The position numbers were made by a program, and so were the translations under genes. A stretch of DNA of 48,623 nt, filler included, from Catajapyx aquilonaris (lineage: Eukaryota), in NCBI GenBank assembly GCA_000934665.2. It is 2 parts of 2 records of this genome, joined end to end, with 100 filler letters (N's around TTAATTAATTAA, not from the genome) between each part and the next. Parts side by side here need not be neighbours in the genome. Positions count along the whole stretch, not along the records: positions 24,279 to 48,623 come from JYFJ02005558.1; 1 more part is not named here. One strand, given 5' to 3'. Shown here piece by piece: positions 46,801-48,623 of the stretch. Each line of letters opens with the position of its first letter. Within the stretch, counting starts at the first letter, position 1. The notes under the pieces are model-generated. The model made no database searches, was not told where the DNA came from, and saw only the letters and a list, made by a program, of their open reading frames with translations.

Positions 46801-47354
46801 TTGATATTTTTGAAGTAATGTTGTTACTTTATAAAACGTTTACATACAGAAGTATATCATACCTCAATATATTTACATATGAGAAGCACAAACATCTGAG
46901 TAATATTTCCTTTGCCAGTGGAATGCTATTAATGAGATAATGTTCGCTTCACTTGGTATAGCAAATAGTTCTCCCGATCCATTAAAATGAAGCGCTTGAT
47001 AAAAAATATTGACAGACAGAAATTACAGTGAAACTTGCCAAATTTTTAAAGTGTTGTAGGGATACGGTTGCGAGATAGACGCGTCAATATGGCTGCCTAA
47101 TTTCTCTACACAAGGTTCAGCGTGTGTTGCCACTTGTGCATAGGGTCAAGCACATGTGACAATACGCGTTCTGTGCGGAACAGTACAACAGAAATTAGGG
47201 CCTGGGCAAGACAAAAATGGCGCTTGTAACAGGCTGAAGGGTGTATCCTGGTAGGTGGATAACCCATCGGGCATAAGTGGCACATTGGTGGCCCTCAATG
47301 CCAAGGATGAACGTCGGTGGAGGCTGGAGGGGAGCTACACTTTACAATCTTGCT

Positions 47355-48010
47355 GTATTACACCGTACTAGTCCGGGCAGATTTGGTCAAAAAATCAGTT
47401 CCGCTCATATTGCGTGTTAATTTTGATCTGTTTGTTGGAAGTTGTTAAGCATAATGAGAAGTTTCAAAATCGACTTGTCGCCATTTCCCACCCGGCATAT
47501 TACGGCCGCCATCTTGGAAAAATGGCGGAAAAAACAGGGTGTTCAGTTGTATCTTTTTAACCGTTCATTTTCTGAAAAATAATTAGACATTAAACATGAC
47601 GGTAACTATATGTCGCATCGAAGAGTACTCTATCAATATTATGATAACTGTAACCGTTCAGCCAGAATCGAGCGGACAATGTCCATTACTACCTTCTCCT
47701 GGATTAGCGCGGGAAGAATTGTTCAAAAATTCCGTGCCGCTGTAATTTTAATGATAATTTTGATCTGTTTGTGGGAAGTTGTTAAGGACAATAAGAAGTT
47801 GCAAAATCAACTTGTCGCCATGATTTTAGCTACCTATTACAACCGCCATCTTGGAAAAATGGCGGCAAAAAGAGCTATTTTTGCTTCATTTTTTGAACAG
47901 TTAATATTATGAAAAGACGACTGAAACAAAAGTTAAAGAGCATGAAATTTACAGTAAATATGTACTTATCAATGTTTTGATAAGTGCAACTGTTCAGCTG
48001 AAATTCATGA
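47355..48010. repeat. two-unit tandem repeat, ~337-bp period
   Basis: TAATTTTGATCTGTTTG at 47418 and 47755; both units carry ACTTGTCGCCAT and CCGCCATCTTGGAAAAATGGCGG. Outer boundaries approximate. Confidence 0.8.
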
Positions 48011-48623
48011 TTAAGATTTCTCCTATCACAGGATTTCTAGTAGAGCATAAGAAACATATTTTAAAATGTTGTAATACATATTTCAATTTTCTTCAAGCTT
48101 TCTAGTGCTGACTATTATAGGCACCTTATCAACAGAACAACTTGGTTGTGTGCTGGTCACCTAGAGTCACTCAATGAGAATTTTATGAAATAAACATATG
48201 TTACGCAGTTTTGTGTCCTCTTATCAATGGTGCAAAGAAAAATACACGTCACCATGCAAATTAGCGAACTAGAGGGCTCAGAAGTTCGCGATTTAACATG
48301 GGCCCTTATGGCAGAATTTTCAATAGTCCACAAAAAAATGATAAGCAAATGAGAATTTTAAAATTTAATGTGTAATATGTCGGGAATTATATACTGATCG
48401 CAACCGCAAAAAGAAAAACCTACCTCACCATGCTCTTTCAATTTGTATTGCGGAAAAACGATCCGAAAATGATCCAGTGACGTCACATTGCTCCACTCGA
48501 GTGAGGACGTGGCAACACAGCGTTGCTTACGGTAGCGTGATACGGTTGCATACGACCGCGAAATATGAGTGCAAGTTAGTATGATGGTTTTCACAATGGC
48601 TCACACAGGATTTTCGTTTGGCG

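Noticed and set aside
48478..48485. CRE motif TGACGTCA (also at ~15823)
   Set aside because: 8-mer with no associated gene start; the other copy lies inside a MITE.

Overview
Animal (most likely arthropod) nuclear genomic DNA in two blocks joined by an artificial 100-bp spacer (44 N + TTAATTAATTAA + 44 N, 24179-24278). The left block (1-24178) is a head-to-tail + strand array of six SLC35G1-like (EamA/DMT) transporter paralogs: one pseudogene hit by two transposons, three intact copies with intronless CDS, one intact copy with a single intron, and one copy truncated near the gap. It is densely interleaved with SINEs, MITEs, a foldback element and an RTE LINE, many with readable target-site duplications (TSDs). 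The right block holds a multi-exon CCAP (crustacean cardioactive peptide) receptor gene whose N-terminal exon I could not find, a 4-coding-exon C2H2 zinc-finger gene (~821 aa) and a few more repeats. The most striking signal is the only coding intron in the SLC35G array (18513-19624). It is absent from all five sister paralogs and is bracketed by an exact 14-bp direct repeat (CTACTCATTTCAGG) that supplies the acceptor AG and the G of the donor GT, which looks like a lineage-specific intron gain. Also notable: three unrelated SINE bodies that share one 3' stem-loop tail, and a MITE with unusual CTGACG ends and a 4-bp AGGG TSD. Gene models are manual (GT-AG sites plus frame consistency) and family assignments are from recalled motifs, not database searches.
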